Part shown: positions 24,601-38,153 of the stretch, piece after piece
Layout of the letters: each line of letters opens with the position of its first letter
Numbering within the stretch: the first letter of the stretch is position 1
Assembly (NCBI GenBank): GCA_965178125.1
Contig: OZ237738.1
Location: 620,001-684,000, forward strand
Direction: 5' to 3'
Origin: Bilabrum cf. latius
Lineage: Eukaryota
DNA: 64,000 nt
Program-made: the position numbers and the translations under genes
The notes under the pieces: generated by a model
Told to the model about the DNA's origin: nothing
Databases searched by the model: none
What the model saw: only the letters and a program-made list of their open reading frames with translations

Positions 24601-27600
24601 TCTCAAGCCAAATCTCCAGGTACGCTGTTGCTGCGCCCATGCGCGGTCCTAGCGGAGCCCCACCTAGGCTTTTGGTGGGAATCAACCGTCTCCTGCGCGG
24701 GTCAGCACCTGCCTGGCTTGCACGGTTTAGTTCTGGTGCAGGGTGTGGCAGCTGCTTGGATTGCGGCATTTCAATCGCAGGACACTCGCAGATCGGTGCG
24801 TTGGGAAGGCGTCGAAAGTCAAGCTAGCCTGATGCTGCAGCCTCGAGTGGCTTGTTGGTGCAGAGGACCGCAGCTGCCCTCCTCGCTGGTCGGGTCGATG
24901 CGGCGACCCAACAGCCACTGGAACACGTACTGATGGCATTGATCTTTGATTTGCCAGCTGCTATCGCCAGCAACAGCTCGATTCAATTCAGACCAGAGGA
25001 CCCGATCGAGGTGGCGCTGCAGGGGGTCAGCGTGAACGTGACCCTGCCCTTGCTCCCGCCGCTCCCCAGGAGCGTGCAGTTCCGAGGACTGCAGTACACG
25101 GGCAGACAGGAAAACAAGGAGCCTGGGGCCGATGTTGAATCCTTGTTCGGATCATCTTCATAGCCGGGGCTGGGAAATGAAGGCCGAAAGGAGGCAGACT
25201 CACCGCAAACGGAGCAGAAGGCAGGGATGCTCGCGGATCTGGCGCTGGAGCAGGAGGGGCGGCGGGTCTCGCCTGGGCTGAACCTCAGCATTCGACTGCC
25301 AACAAATGCCGGGCTGCCATACGTCGATCCGAGCTGCCTGCTTGAGCTCTTTTAGTGCTTGTCACCGGAAGTCGTGTGCGCGTGCCTTGCCGCCATCCTC
25401 ACTGAGCAGCGGACCGTGCTGTTTTCGAAGCACATGTGGAGGCTGACTGCATGCTCTGAAGCGCTCCTTGGCCTGATGTACCCCTTCCAGTGGCCCGATG
25501 CCTTCATGACTAGCATCCCGCCCATGTAGCAGCTGCAAGAGGTGCTCACAGCGCCCTTTCCAGTGTTTGCCGGCGTGCACGAGGACACCATCACGAAGCG
25601 CGAGCAGCTCCGAAAGATTGCTAGGGAAGCTGTCACTGTCCGCCTTGACGCAAACCGAATGTACTTTCCGAAATTGGGGGGAAACGGCAGCGAAGACGAC
25701 AGCAGCAGCGAGGATTCTGACGGTGGCAGGCCAGCAGCTGTCGAGCCTGAAGTGTACGGCGCACGCAAGAAGAGCACCTTTGCTCTCTTCCCTAGGTCTA
25801 TTGTGCACCGCCTATGCATGCGTCTGCGCAAGATACTCCCGCCAGTCCGCTGCGCTCCCCTACAGGGCGAGTGGGAGTGCGAGCACGAGCTTGGTGACAG
25901 CGGGGAGGCACCAAACCCTGTGCAGGACGAAGTTGTGACTGGAGACTCGCTGTCGCAAGAGCTGCTAGACCGTCGGCTTAAGACGGGCACCAGCGCATTT
26001 CAGTGCTGGGCTGAAGAGGTTCGCATGGCCTTTTTGGAATGCATGGTAAGCTTAATGCGAAACGTCGAGCACTTTGCTGCACAGCGAAAAGGTGCAGAAA
26101 CCCCTGGCCCGGACGTATCGAGGCAGGCAGGCATGCCAGTCTCGGCGGAGGAGGAAGGAGGGGCAGAAGCCCTCGGGTCAAACGAAGGTGGCTCCTCCAA
26201 GCACGTTGCTAATGATTCGAGCTCGTCTGCTGCAGGCACCAAGGGAAAGGCAGCCAAGTCGCGGCAGCGAGCATAGAGTAGAGGCAGAATCGAAGTGACC
26301 TTCGAAACGAAGGCATTCGCCAAGTCGGCGGCTTCTCGGGAGCACGCGAAGTTTCTTCGAGAGTTTGCAGACCCGCAGCGGAACACGGTATTTACGTTCT
26401 TTTTGCAGTCTTTTCGAGGATGCACCGAGCACGCCCCTACGCTGTCCCTGACCAAGACAGCAGCCTCCTAGGCGGGCGTGCAGCAGTTCTTTGACTTGCC
26501 ATCTGCCATCAGAGCTGTAGAGACGCTCTCGCGCAAGTATCGTCGCGGCAAGCAAGCAGACATGAAAGGATTTTTGAGCGCATTGGCACGTTCGATTGGC
26601 GTGTCCCAGGCGCGGACTGGTGAGAGTCGGGACAGTCGACGTGCCGACAATTCAGCTCGCGGGACACCATTCAGGGAGCCCCCCGGCAGCCGCCGCCGCA
26701 AGAAGAAGCAGACGCTGAGCTCTGCAGATCGAAACGCCATTTAGTTTGTTCTACTGCTCCGCGCACACAGGATAGCTATGGCAGCGCGAACTGGCTGGAG
26801 TCGCCTGGCTGAGCTTGGGCTGCAATCTGGAGCGGCAGGTGCCAGTGGGTCGATGCCAGCGCATGCTGCTCAACCGCGACTGCGAGGAGTGGCTGGCCGG
26901 TAGAGGCGTCTGACCCTCAGTCTTGTCATTCCTAAGGATACGCCTCCTAAGCAAGCAGTTGCAGGAAATAGCGCAGCGGGTACAACAGCAGCAGGGAGGG
27001 CCAGTGGCCGGACAGCCCCGCCCACTGTTCCCCGTGGCTTGCTCGGGTTTGCTGTCGGCTTTTTTACTGGAAATAGAGCCACTCCTTCGGCAGCATCGGT
27101 TGCGGCGTCGTCCAGTATAGTTTCTGGCACTACGCAGGCAGAGAGGTATGCTGCTCTGAAGAAAGCTCTGTGGTCAGAGCACCTCTGGGCACCGTGCAGC
27201 TCTAGTTTCGTGGGTGGTTTGTTGCAGCTCGCACTCAGAGCTCATTCGCAGTCGCAGTTACCTTCTCCTCCAGGTAAAGGGAAGTCCGGTCCATTTGGCT
27301 AGCCACTAGAGCTCAGACCCATACTGCCTTCGCTGTTCCGCACACCGAACAGAAGTCCGGGTCTGACTCATTCGGTTCCACCATCTGCAACTAGACTGGA
27401 GAATCATCGGAAGTCTGCTCTTCCCGCAACCATATCATCTTCATTGGAGTCGTACGGTTAGGGCTGCTTGCTTCTCGACTATGGTGATGACGAGGCACTG
27501 GCAGACTAGGTTGAGGTGGGGTCACCACTGGCAGGGTTCCAGCCAGCCTCCCGAAGCGAGGCAGAGACGCTCCAGAGATTCTCAGGGAATACGGCTGCTG

Positions 27601-30600
27601 GGTCACCTAGCGCAGCTGTACGCATCTGTCGCGACGCAAGGCCGCGTGCCTTGCGCAACCTGGCAAGAGTTCAGTTGCAGTCGCGCTTCTCACCCGTTCT
27701 TGTGTTTCCACGGTTGGATCCGACCCTGCTGCCCGTTGACAAGCTTGCACTGCAAGACTAGTCGCAGCTGCAGGTACTCCCCATCCCACGACTGCTCCCA
27801 AGCGCTATCCGTGTATCCGAAGGACTTGCCCCGAGGCGCGTCGGGGATCTTGAAGCGAGGAGCAGATCCGCTGCGGTGGGACAGCTGTTCTCACCTCAAA
27901 CGAAGCCTTTGCATTTGCTAGGCTCGCCTTCGTCTGCTATTGATGAAGCCCATGATGCGACTGTGGGATCAGATGCGCACGTCCCCTTTCACCTCATTCG
28001 TTAGGCCGAGGCATGCGTTGCCGACGGTGTTTCTGATGCTCAGGCAACCAAGCGGCTCCTATACGACGTTCTGCATGCGCCGGTCGCCCCGGATGCCAAG
28101 AGCAAGAGCAGCCTATCGCGGCAACGAGGGGGCCTTGCCGGTGGATCGTTTTCATCGTTTTCAATTCCTTCGAGAGGCGCCTTATTGGCCGATGCGAGCA
28201 CTGGCTCCACCGGACTCGCGGCAGTTGACGCTATGAACATGACACGGGTGGCATCAGCTGGTACGCACAGCCCCGTCCCCAGTCGTGACACTCTCTCCAG
28301 TCTGTGCAGGGCTTTAATTCACGCGATTCGCCAAAGAGATGCTGCTGTACAAGAATCCAAGGCCATTATGAGAGACCGCAAGCGAAGGATCTCACACAGA
28401 GCTACGATCTCGCTGGCTGCACGCAAAAGGAACTCTGGGAGGCGGGAGGTATCAGACACAAGTGACTACCAAACGACTGCTAGCACGGAAATTGGAAGCT
28501 CGGCCGTCGTTGCAGCGGCATCTCGTCTTCCAGTTGATTCTACTCCTAAGCAACGCATGCGTCGCGCTCTCCAGCGCCTCGTGGCCTCAGGCGACGTTAA
28601 CCGAGCTCTGGCGCTCGCAAGAACCGCCTCCTCTGCAGGCACCAACTCGCCTGGCGGTGGTGCGCAGTTGCAACGAGATGATGAGCACCATGGGGCTGTG
28701 GATGCTCGATCGACTCCACGAGGTGGCCGCCAGACGGGGATAAGGTCTGAGACTCTTGCCTCGGTGGCAGCCGATGCTGCAAGCGCTGCCAAGCGACGCC
28801 TGCGGAGGATTGCATCGTCACAGAAAAGCGCATTGCAGCTTGCCATCGACACCTCTATCAAGTCAGACGCGCTAGCTGAAATGCTGCAGCATAGTCCAGA
28901 AGGAGATGAGAAGGAAGAAGATAGCTTCCGATTGCCGAGGCGGTCAACGGTGGGCGATGGCGACCGGAACGTGATGCGGAGGCGCGGTCGCAAAGCCAGC
29001 GCGATTACTCCAAGCCAGCTTATGCTTGACAGCAAAGATGGCGGAGGCTAGTCGTTCATTCTAAAAGGGGAAGGTGCGGACAAATAGGCCGTAGCCAGCA
29101 AGCAAGCCCGTGCAAGCGCAGGGGCGGCTCTCGGATCTGTGGACTAGAAACGCCGTCGGCGATTTTCAGCCGGTGGCATCCTTGAGCCGTCTGCTGTCGC
29201 GCAGTACAGCGCATCTCGCCGATTGTCGGCACTTGTCCGACAGGTCGCGAATAGTAGTGGCAAGCCCACGGCGCAGCTGTCTGGATTATCCGAGGATCAC
29301 GCCGGCGCTGGTGCACATAGTCCTTCAGCCCTCCCCATTGCAGATGCCACTAATGTCCATCGCACCATCCGGGCTCTCATTGAGCGGGCAAAGATGCTTG
29401 AAGAGAGGTGCGATGCGTTTGGTTTTGCCTACCGTGACACGCTTGCTGTGCTAGGAGAGGCACGGCAGGAGCTGCTTGGCACGCATACGAAACTCATCAA
29501 CTCAGAATCTGTGGCATCTCTTGCGGTGCGAAAAGAGTTGGAGAGCTCGGACCGTGCGCTGAAGCTGCAGAATGAGTCGGACCAGCTTCGTCGCCGAGTG
29601 AGCATGCTGGAACGGCAAGTGGCTCAGCTGCAGGAGAGTCGCTCTCACTCCGACGAGAGCCTGGTGAAGCTACAAGGTGCAGTTGTGCATGCCATGGCCT
29701 CTCGATTCCGCAGAGACCCGCGCAGCAAGAGTGCGACAGCCGGTGAACTCTCCCGGGATCAGATTGCTGCGATCATGGAAGCAGCCGAATCGGTACGGCA
29801 AAGGGGTTATGATGGCATCGATGTGGCTAGCGAGGCAATCTCTGAGTTTAGGCTTCTCCCCATTGATGAAGTCTAGGCTGACCAGCCCAGCCAAGATGCC
29901 GCTGGACACTCGCTTCGCGCCTCGCACGCCATTCTATCCCCGAGCCCAGGCAGAATAGAAGACCCTCTTGCCCTATCCAAGTCGCCTACGCGGCCCCCAC
30001 GGCAGTCTCCTTTTACACGAACGCACAGCGGCAGCAGCATGGCCCCGCTGCACGCTCAGCTACACGAGGAAATCAGCTCTCGTAAACGAGTCATCGCGCT
30101 AGCCAAGGAGGCTACAGGAAAATGGATCCCAGGCTCTGGTAGACTCGAGTCCGCATCGGCTCGCTCTCGTATTGGAACGGCAATCGGCGCATTGCGTAGC
30201 AGGGTAGAATCGCAGGCTGCGATTGCTCGGGCTAGACTCGTTCAGTTCAATCGAGTTTTCGGGCAGTCCGACTCTGGGGGAGATCGGTCGGGGCAAGCAA
30301 GCCTGCACGCAGCGAGCAAGTCTCGCCATACGAACGTATCGACACGCTCTCGCATGTCTGCTACCAGTGGCCGCAGACTCAAGGCTGCGGTTACAGCTGC
30401 CACTTTATCTGAGAATCCCCTGGTTCTTGATGCCATGAGACGATTCGGTGGTGCGTCGTACGGCCAGTACCCTGCAACCGAGGCCGACGTAGAGTTAGAG
30501 ATGGCTTCTAATGCACGCGGTTCGCAGTGGCTGAAAGCTCAGATAGATGCCATCCAAGGTGTCTCATCCCGTCAGTCAACTTCATCTCGAGAGACCAAGG

Positions 30601-31400
30601 GAGCTAGCTCAGTTTCAGGTGCAGGAGTGGGTGCACGCGGTGTGCGGCTTGCGTGGTCTTCGAGTGAGGCTCTGTCAGCTCTCTGGGACGAAATACTGGT
30701 ACAGATGGAGTGCATACAGAGATGTGTGGCAATCCTCGAGAAGGTTCACGAATCAGGTCGCAAATCAGGTGGTTCATACCCGGATAGTCGAGGCGTAGTT
30801 GCACTGGGACAGCGTGCCAGTCCACCAGCGAGGAGAGGCATGCGGTCGGCAACATCGAGGGAGACGCCGGAGCGAGGCTCGAGCTTGGCTGCAACAACAA
30901 ATCATGCGGCTCCACCAACCGTACCTGACAAGCAGCGCCGCCAGCCCAAGCAGCTTGTCCTTACCAATGGGGAAGCGGTTGCCCCAGGGCGACAAGCAGG
31001 CTAGGCTACCAACGGACAGATTGCGAGCATCGAGCCAGCTCTGCAGCTTGAAGACCTCGCCACGGGCCATTCCATGAGCTAGTGGAATCGAGGGGATGCC
31101 CGTATGGTCCCGCCAGAGTTAGCGAGACGAGGCACGCGAGTACCGAACGACCGTAATGCAAGTAATCTGGTGGTCGGAGGGAATAGGAATGGCTGCGCGA
31201 GGCAAGATGCGTCTCAACCGTTTGGTCGCGGTCCAGCAGGACTAGATGCTGCAGGCAAGACTGCCGGGCACTCGACCGCGCGAGTTGGCTCAAAAAGGGG
31301 TCACAAGAAGACTGAGGGTATGGCAGTGTCGAGCCAAGAAGCAGCCGCTGCCAGAAAGAAGCGGCTGCTGCAGAACCTCAGACGGTCTGGGTCTACCTGA
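21618..31400 (+). CDS. Giant DENN-domain protein (Rab GEF family), ~3200 aa, with C-terminal coiled coil
   Basis: Exons 21618-21705, 21793-21872 and 21966-31400. uDENN: LIDYFAVL...FCFP...LTDGEYRQAYACCL. cDENN: LF*CLSPE...ILTEQRTVLFS...LMYPFQW...APFPVFAGVH. dDENN: EVRMAFLECMVSLM...FLREF. The 9.4-kb last exon has ~29 in-frame TAGs and no TAA/TGA until the terminal TGA. Confidence 0.9.
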
Positions 31401-31432
31401 TTCTGGAAGTGCCAACCGGTTGTACCATGGGT

Positions 31433-31822
31433 GTGCCTCATTTGGGCAGCCGCTGCGAGTGCTGCTTGTGTACGTGGGAGAGAGCCTAGCAGGCCCACTA
31501 CTGAGTAGCATGCAAGCAGCTCGGCGGATCCACGGAAGCGTAGACCAGCGTGTGGAGCCTGTGGCACGAGCCTCCTCGGACAAACATGGCTGTTGTGTGG
31601 AGAGGGCATGAAATTAAATAAAATTCTCACATTGGCAGCAATTGTAAGCCACCTGAGCAACACCCTGAGGACCCACTCCCCCTACCAGTGGACATTAGCA
31701 TTCACGTCCCCCGAACACCTGAAATTTCAACACCTGCTGCCGGCACCCCGTCCTGCCTGTCCGTTGGCTACCGCCCCGGCGAGGTTGTTGTTTTCGGCTG
31801 TCCCGCCAGGTTGGGCCACTAC
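31433..31822 (+). pseudogene. Partial duplicate of the 5' region of the secreted-protein gene at 33328
   Basis: 31433-31519 matches 33435-33521 and 31736-31822 matches 33554-33640 (87 bp each, few mismatches). The spacer differs, the splice acceptor is lost, and similarity ends at 31822. Confidence 0.6.
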
Positions 31823-32570
31823 TAGTTGCGTGTGCTGAGTGATATTGATTGGTACAGCGTGGCTATCCAGTCACTGGCACGCTTGCCAGCTCCCATCCCA
31901 GACCCCACAAGAGGCGAGCACCGTGGCACTGCCATTTCATATCACTGGTATTTCATGCTACTCTCGCAGGCTCTCGTAATTGCGTTGGCTGCATTGGCTA
32001 CATCGACTGCATCGCCTGGCGCGGCATTAGACATGCCAGCCAGCAGCAGTAGCACTCGCATCAGCCTCCGTAGATCTATGCAGTCGGCCCTACAGCGCTA
32101 AAGGATGAAAAGTCTGCTCACAAGCAAACAAGAGCGCTGTTGCGCGGCGCCGCGCCCAGCCCTCGATAGCCTTAGTAAAAGAAGCGCGCGTGCCGAAATT
32201 CCCCCCAGGGCTGTATTGTAGCCAGGAGTGCATCGAGTTGTCGTTTGCATCTCCCGGCCGAGGCCTTGTGGAGTGAGCACCACTAGCACGGGGTGAATGC
32301 CAAATCCAGCAAGTGCGCATTGTGCAGCGCCTTGAATGGCTGCCTGCAGTGTAGCTTCGGAAGTTGATGCCAGACATTTGATTTCGAGTAGCATCTTTGC
32401 TCAGCCGCATTCAAGCCCGGATCTACGGGAAGAATCCTATGTCTGGCACTCCCCACAAAGTACGGCCCGCGAGGAGGTCCTGTTTTCACAAATGAACTTT
32501 GCAAATTCAAGCTGTGACCCATTCTGATAGTTAGAATTGACCGTCGCACAACCCAAATCACTGAAATTCA

Positions 32571-33152
32571 TCAGTCGCGTTTCGCTCTATCAGTCGAGGT
32601 CGGAGCCGCAATTACCGGATACGATCCGCTGCAATCATCACAGATGCTACCCGCCCCAAACTTTTTGTGTCTCATTATATTGATCAAAACGTCATCCATG
32701 TCACTTGCATCTTTGCACTCATCGAGCCATCTTTGTACCACGGAAGCGCAATTCGGATTCGCACCCTCATTCAAGAAAGAGTGCAGCGATTGTACAGATT
32801 CCAGAGAGAAAAATGCGAAGAACTTTGGAGCACCTAAGCTCCCTACTAAAGCCTTGCCCTCCTCCGGACTCTTGATGTCGACGTCGATCCTCTACAAGTG
32901 TCCACGTGAGTCGAAATAGTGAGACACCAGCGCGATGTGTCCCTCATCAAAGTACTGCACCAACTCTCTCTTCACCTTGTTGGCAAACTTAGGATTAGTT
33001 ATCGCGCAATCAGTGCACGAGCTTTCCAGACCTGGTGATGCGGACAATTTCTTAATGTCGTCAGGACATGCTTTCGCGGCATCGCTGCTGTCCAAACCTG
33101 ACCTTGCAGAAGCCGCCGTCGATTCCGTTAGCTCGAACCAAAGCGACGACAT
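32571..33152 (-). CDS. Hypothetical 193-aa intronless protein, lower GC than its neighbours
   Basis: ORF-track pieces 32892-33152 and 32571-32774 are in frame and joined across one TAG (32892). Ends TGA TGA. No family recognised. Confidence 0.55.
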
Positions 33153-33327
33153 TGGCAGAACACAGAAGTGATTATGGTCGCATGCGTAGTCTGCTCAGCT
33201 CCTGTGGATTTGCCTAAAGCACGATTCTGGCGCCGCCGGCCCGCCGGTGCTTTGCGGAACCAGCCGGCGCTTCGTGCCTGTTGATGCAGATCCACCGAGC
33301 TTTGACACCTGAAATTGACCTTGGGAA

Positions 33328-34165
33328 ATGAAACGGCGTGCATCTATTGCGCTAATTCTAGGTCTCGCTACGCACGCCATGTATCACCAGGCGTTCCAGT
33401 GCGACTCACAGGCTCCACCGCAGGTTGGCACGCAGTGCCTCATTTGGGCAGCCGCTGCGAGTGCTGCTTGTGTACGTGAGAGAGAGCCTAGCAGGCCTAC
33501 TGCTGAGTAGCATGCAAGCAGTGGGAGACAGCACTCATGTCCCCCTAGCGCCCGCTGCCGGCACCCCGTCCTGTCTGTCCGTTAGCTACCGCCCCCGCGA
33601 TGTTGTTGTTTTCGGCTGTCTCGCCAGCTTGGGCCACTACAGCCACGCCAACAAAAGCGCCGCAAGCTGCATGCCAGCACCTGGCCCCGCGGTGCTGTGG
33701 CACCCCATGAACGCATCGGACACTGGACTGCAAGGCACCATCGGCGCCACCCGGCTGACCGCCGTGGACTTCGAGGGCAGCGTCACGCCCGACTCCCAGG
33801 ACGCGCCGCTCACCACCACCCAGATGGTGCTGCTGGCGCCCAGCGTGTCTGCCGGCACCGCCATCAGCGTCACGGAGCGGTCGCAGGGCCCCGGCGACTG
33901 CCCCAAGGACACGCCCAATGACCCGCCCACGTACATGTTTGACGCGGCCACCACCAACAGGGGCCTCAAGAAGGTGTGCGACCCCAAGCCGTGCGACGGC
34001 GCTCCGTGCGGATGCATCACCGGGTGCGCGCTGACCGAGGACATGGTGGCTCTGGAGCTGACGGCCAGCACGCAGGCAGATCGCAAGAGCTAGAGCGTGC
34101 AGCTGGGCGCGGCCTGGGGCGCCTCGGTGACGTGGTGCGCATCGGAGGAGGAGTGCGGTGAGTGA
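33328..34165 (+). CDS. Putative secreted cysteine-rich protein
   Basis: Signal-peptide-like MKRRASIALILGLATHA; intron 33476-33548 (GTGAGA...CCCTAG) with consistent phase; strongly GC3-biased exon with CDPKPCDGAPCGCITGC. TAG at 34091, TGA at 34163 (a further intron at ~34158 is possible). Confidence 0.55.
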
Positions 34166-34390
34166 GCGCGTGAGCAGCTGATTGCGAGAGTGCGAGCGTG
34201 CTGGATGGAGCCATGAATCTGCCCATAGCGAGGAGGAGGAGGAGGACAACATTGGCAGATGGGTGCATGGGCTGACCGTAGGACGATGCGGAGTGATTTC
34301 CAATCAGTTCTCGTCAAAGTGACTCAGTATTTAAAAACAATGGCCCAGTTCCAATCAAGCAACAAACACCTTGCCGACTGGACCACGAGC

Positions 34391-37300
34391 TTACTAAGGC
34401 TCCCACATTGAGAGAATTCCAAGAGCAGTCAACGTGCACAACACCGGGCGTGTCTGCACCCACTCCACCCCGATCACCGGGTCCACGGGTGCTCGCTGCC
34501 CTGTACCTGCCAAAGCGACCCTTGGATCTAGTCGGGCTATGGCCTCCAGCTTCCTGGTGTCGTACAGCCAGGCGCCATCCGTGGATGCGACCGCAATGTA
34601 CCTCATGCACGGACTGAAGGCGATCGTAGATCTGGATCCTTGTGGTGCATATGAGCCGAGAGGAGCATGCCCCTTGCAGTAACCGACGGGGCGATCCGAA
34701 GAGCTCCGTGCATCCCATAGACGCACCGTTGCATCGCCTCCCGCATGGCTACTTGCAAACACCGAAAATGCTTCGTGTGGGACATCTGCATACGCGCACG
34801 CCCTTGGAGAGGCCAAACACTCCACCGCCGAGCTAGGACCGGATGCAAACGTCCGAATCGTGACGCCGATCCCACTGCTAGATCCGGGGGCACCCCTTGG
34901 GCTACCCATATCAACCACATGAATGATTCCGTCTGAAGACCCGCACGTGAACTTGGTGCATCGCGGCACATTCACTGCGTCCAGTGCAGATATGCTCGGT
35001 GCCATAGAGGGCGGCGGCGATGCATGGCTCGCAGCAGTCTTACTGCGGGTCTCATAGTAGCCAAGCGATGTGCCAGACGAAGCTGGCACCGAGCAGCCCA
35101 TGCACTTCAGTGACACTGCGCCATCAGAAAGATCTTCACCTCTGTGTGACGCATCGAGAACTACGCCCGATGCCGATTGCTTTGTCGCGGCATGTGCCTG
35201 CAACCTGCAGGCGTATACGCAAGGGCCGCGGCTTACCAACGCTATGCGATCCTCCCAGAAAAAGGAGCAACTACCGAAGGACCAGCCATCCGATCGCGAG
35301 GCAGCCACTCGGCGGTGCGAACGATTCCAAGGCGAGAGCGCCTCGGCGGCTGGAACTGGCAGCAACTCCGACGGAATAGACGAAGCCCGCCTCCCGCTAG
35401 ATGGGGGCAATGTGGCAACTACCTGACACAGCGTGTCCTTCCGCCCAGCTGCCATCACCCTGACCCCGGTGTTTGGACCCCAGCTCAGCAGCAGCGGGAC
35501 TTCGCCGGCACCAGACATGCCACTGGTACGCGCAGCAGCCAAGCTTCCACCAGATGCCTGCTTCAGGCGCCGCTAACCAACCTTAAATTTACCGTAACTG
35601 AACGCAATCCCGGTTTCTCCGCTTGCTTTGCTACTCGACAGTGCATGCGTTGATGAGTCAAGTCCAGAAGCCACCGTCAATGACGCTGCACTTAGCCGCT
35701 AGTTTGCGTAGTTACATACACGGACCCGCGATGCAGTTTCAGCGCTAGGTCTTGAGTGGGACGCCTTCAATTCAACTCTGGGTTCATAGACACCAGCAGA
35801 GAATCCAACGGAGGCCGTCCCCCCTTCAGCCGCGCACACAGCGACGTGAAAACTCTCTGCACCTCCCCAGCAAGCCAGCGAAAGGCCGCCCTCACCGCTC
35901 GGGGCTCCACCATACTACGGCCTCCTCTCCGTTCGAGCAGCCGGAGCTAATCCGTTTTGCCGCGGAGCTCGTACTTGCTTCGAATTTTTGATGTTTTCGA
36001 CAGAAGCTCGTAGCTGCTGTGTATAGCTTGCCAGATTGACTGGCAGGTCACACAGTTCCCCATCGCCTGCGTCTTGCGAGCTCGACATGGGATAGCTGAT
36101 GTCACCACCGATCTTGCCGAACGACGCACCTGTGTCGTGTGGATCGTGCGCCCACGCCGATGTCTTGCAACCGGATGTCGATATTGTCCCAGTTTCGCTA
36201 GCACCGCGAGCTATAGAACCTGCTAGTACAGCAGCGAGTCCGCCCACGCCGGGCTCTCTACGGTCAGCCGGAGGTCGACGCGAGCTGGGTGCTGGCTTGG
36301 CTTTCCTGTCGGCGCCGAACATCTTGCGGGGTTTGACAGCACCGTATCCGCTCGATTTTACGGCGCCTTTCAGGCGAAGCTGGCCGGTTCGAGAGCCCCT
36401 GGAGACCTTGCTTCTTGATGGACGTGCAGCGTCCATCAGTGCGCCTGGTTGTTGCCCCGCCGCCCTCCGCCGGGCCTTGGAGGTTCCACGCAGCTTGCAC
36501 AGCACCGACATTGGATCAAGCGAATCAGTGGCGACAAACACCCCTTTGCCATCCCGGTCGGAGGACGCTAGTAGCTCCCACACGCCGGCTAGCTTAGGCT
36601 CGCTGACCGCGGACTATCGCGTGATGGTGCTCGTGCTTGCAGCTGCCCCACTGTCATGGATGGACAACAGAGCTGCAGCCAGGCCCGAGTGAGATACCTT
36701 GGGCTCCTTTTGCTACGATACACTTGGCATGAATGATGGCTGCAATGCTGCTGAAGCGAGCGCCCTGCGTTCCGACCAATCTACGTCACCGGATCCGGCG
36801 CCGCTTCTTGCACCCACAAATGATCTCGTTCCCGGCGCACGCTCCGCTACTTCTGGAGCCCGCCGTGGTGACTCAGGGACCGGAAATTCGGCGGTAGTGT
36901 CCTCAGCTACAGCGCTAGTGGCGTGAAATGGCAAAACGTCTATCGGGCCGGGCGCTGACTCCTCGCCTGATGTAGAGGCCAGTGGACCACTGCCGCCACC
37001 GCTCGGCGGGGAGATACCCCCGGTGTTGGGATCTGTCAGTGACCTTGTCATACCATGCGCATCTCCTCGTTGCATTTCTACGACATCTAATTTTGTACCT
37101 AACTTACACGCAGACACCACGGATGCTAGCGCATGTTCCAGTGGATCCCCAACTCGAAGCAGAAACGAGAGCTTCGTCTCTGATGCTGCATGTACTACTC
37201 GAATTCCATCGAGTTGTATTCCTTTGGTAAACTTGCTACTATCTCTTTGATAGCTGGGTAGCAACTCCGATATGCTGCAAGTGCCAATGCTCTGCAGCGT

Positions 37301-37729
37301 GGCATGCGATCCTAGAACCTCGGCCTCAAACACCATAACCTTACCTCGACTGTCGCATAGCACTAGCAATGAGCGCTCGCCTTGCTAAGAGGTAGCATGA
37401 AAACCAGCTAGGTGTACGCCCTACGCATCTGTTGTGCGTCCCAAAGCCCACTCTCCATCAACTGCGCCAAGCTGTGATTCACTGAGGTCGGCTGCCCCAT
37501 CACGCAGCCACGCAGGAAGTGTGTCATCGGAATTGAGCACTTTGGCGGCATTTAAATCAGGAGTGATCACGTCTCTAATCGTCGATCGCCCTATACCGAC
37601 GTGCACAGGCGGTACAATTGGACAAAGTGATGGAGGCAGCTCAAATTGAAACGACCACGAATTGTCACCATGGCAAACGTTTAGCCCTACTGAACCGGCT
37701 CCACGAAGCACAACAGATGCACGCATCAT
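34391..37729 (-). CDS. WDR27: WD40-repeat protein, WDR27-like (~1112 aa)
   Basis: One frame with 8 TAGs. VKSSGYG...PRKMF motif and C-terminal VRLWDARS...GH...IAFSPCMRYIAVAS...AWLYD resemble WDR27. Ends ...MWEP-TAG-TAA. Confidence 0.7.
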
Positions 37730-38153
37730 AAATTAGCGAGCAAATCCATGAAATAATGGATGGTTGGTGTGTGATTACAAATAATTGATTGAAGCTGCAA
37801 GAGAGGTTCCTCGATCAATGGAACGTTCGTCATTAATGGGATCACCGTAAACTTTGAACGGAAGGAACAGACAATTGAACAGAGTATGATGGTACAATAG
37901 GCTTCGCATAGGATGTTAAGTAATGTAAGTATGATATACTTGTGCAATGTAAACGCCGATTTGCTTGTCATGAGAGTTAGCGACACGGCCACGCCCACTC
38001 ATGCTATTAGTTCGGCTACATTGAATCTGCACCCCGAGGTCATGGGTTTCCTGATTGGTGACTATCAAAACGACTCAGGATTGTGGCCGGGGACAGCTTG
38101 CTGGATTTTATTATCCCAGTCTTTCGTCAACGCAGGCAGGAGGCTGAGACACT

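Noticed and set aside
31955-32180. Short signal-peptide-like ORF (MLLSQALVIALAAL...) or an overlapping TAG-containing frame
   Set aside because: Two competing frames, short, with no clear start or splice structure; cannot be supported.
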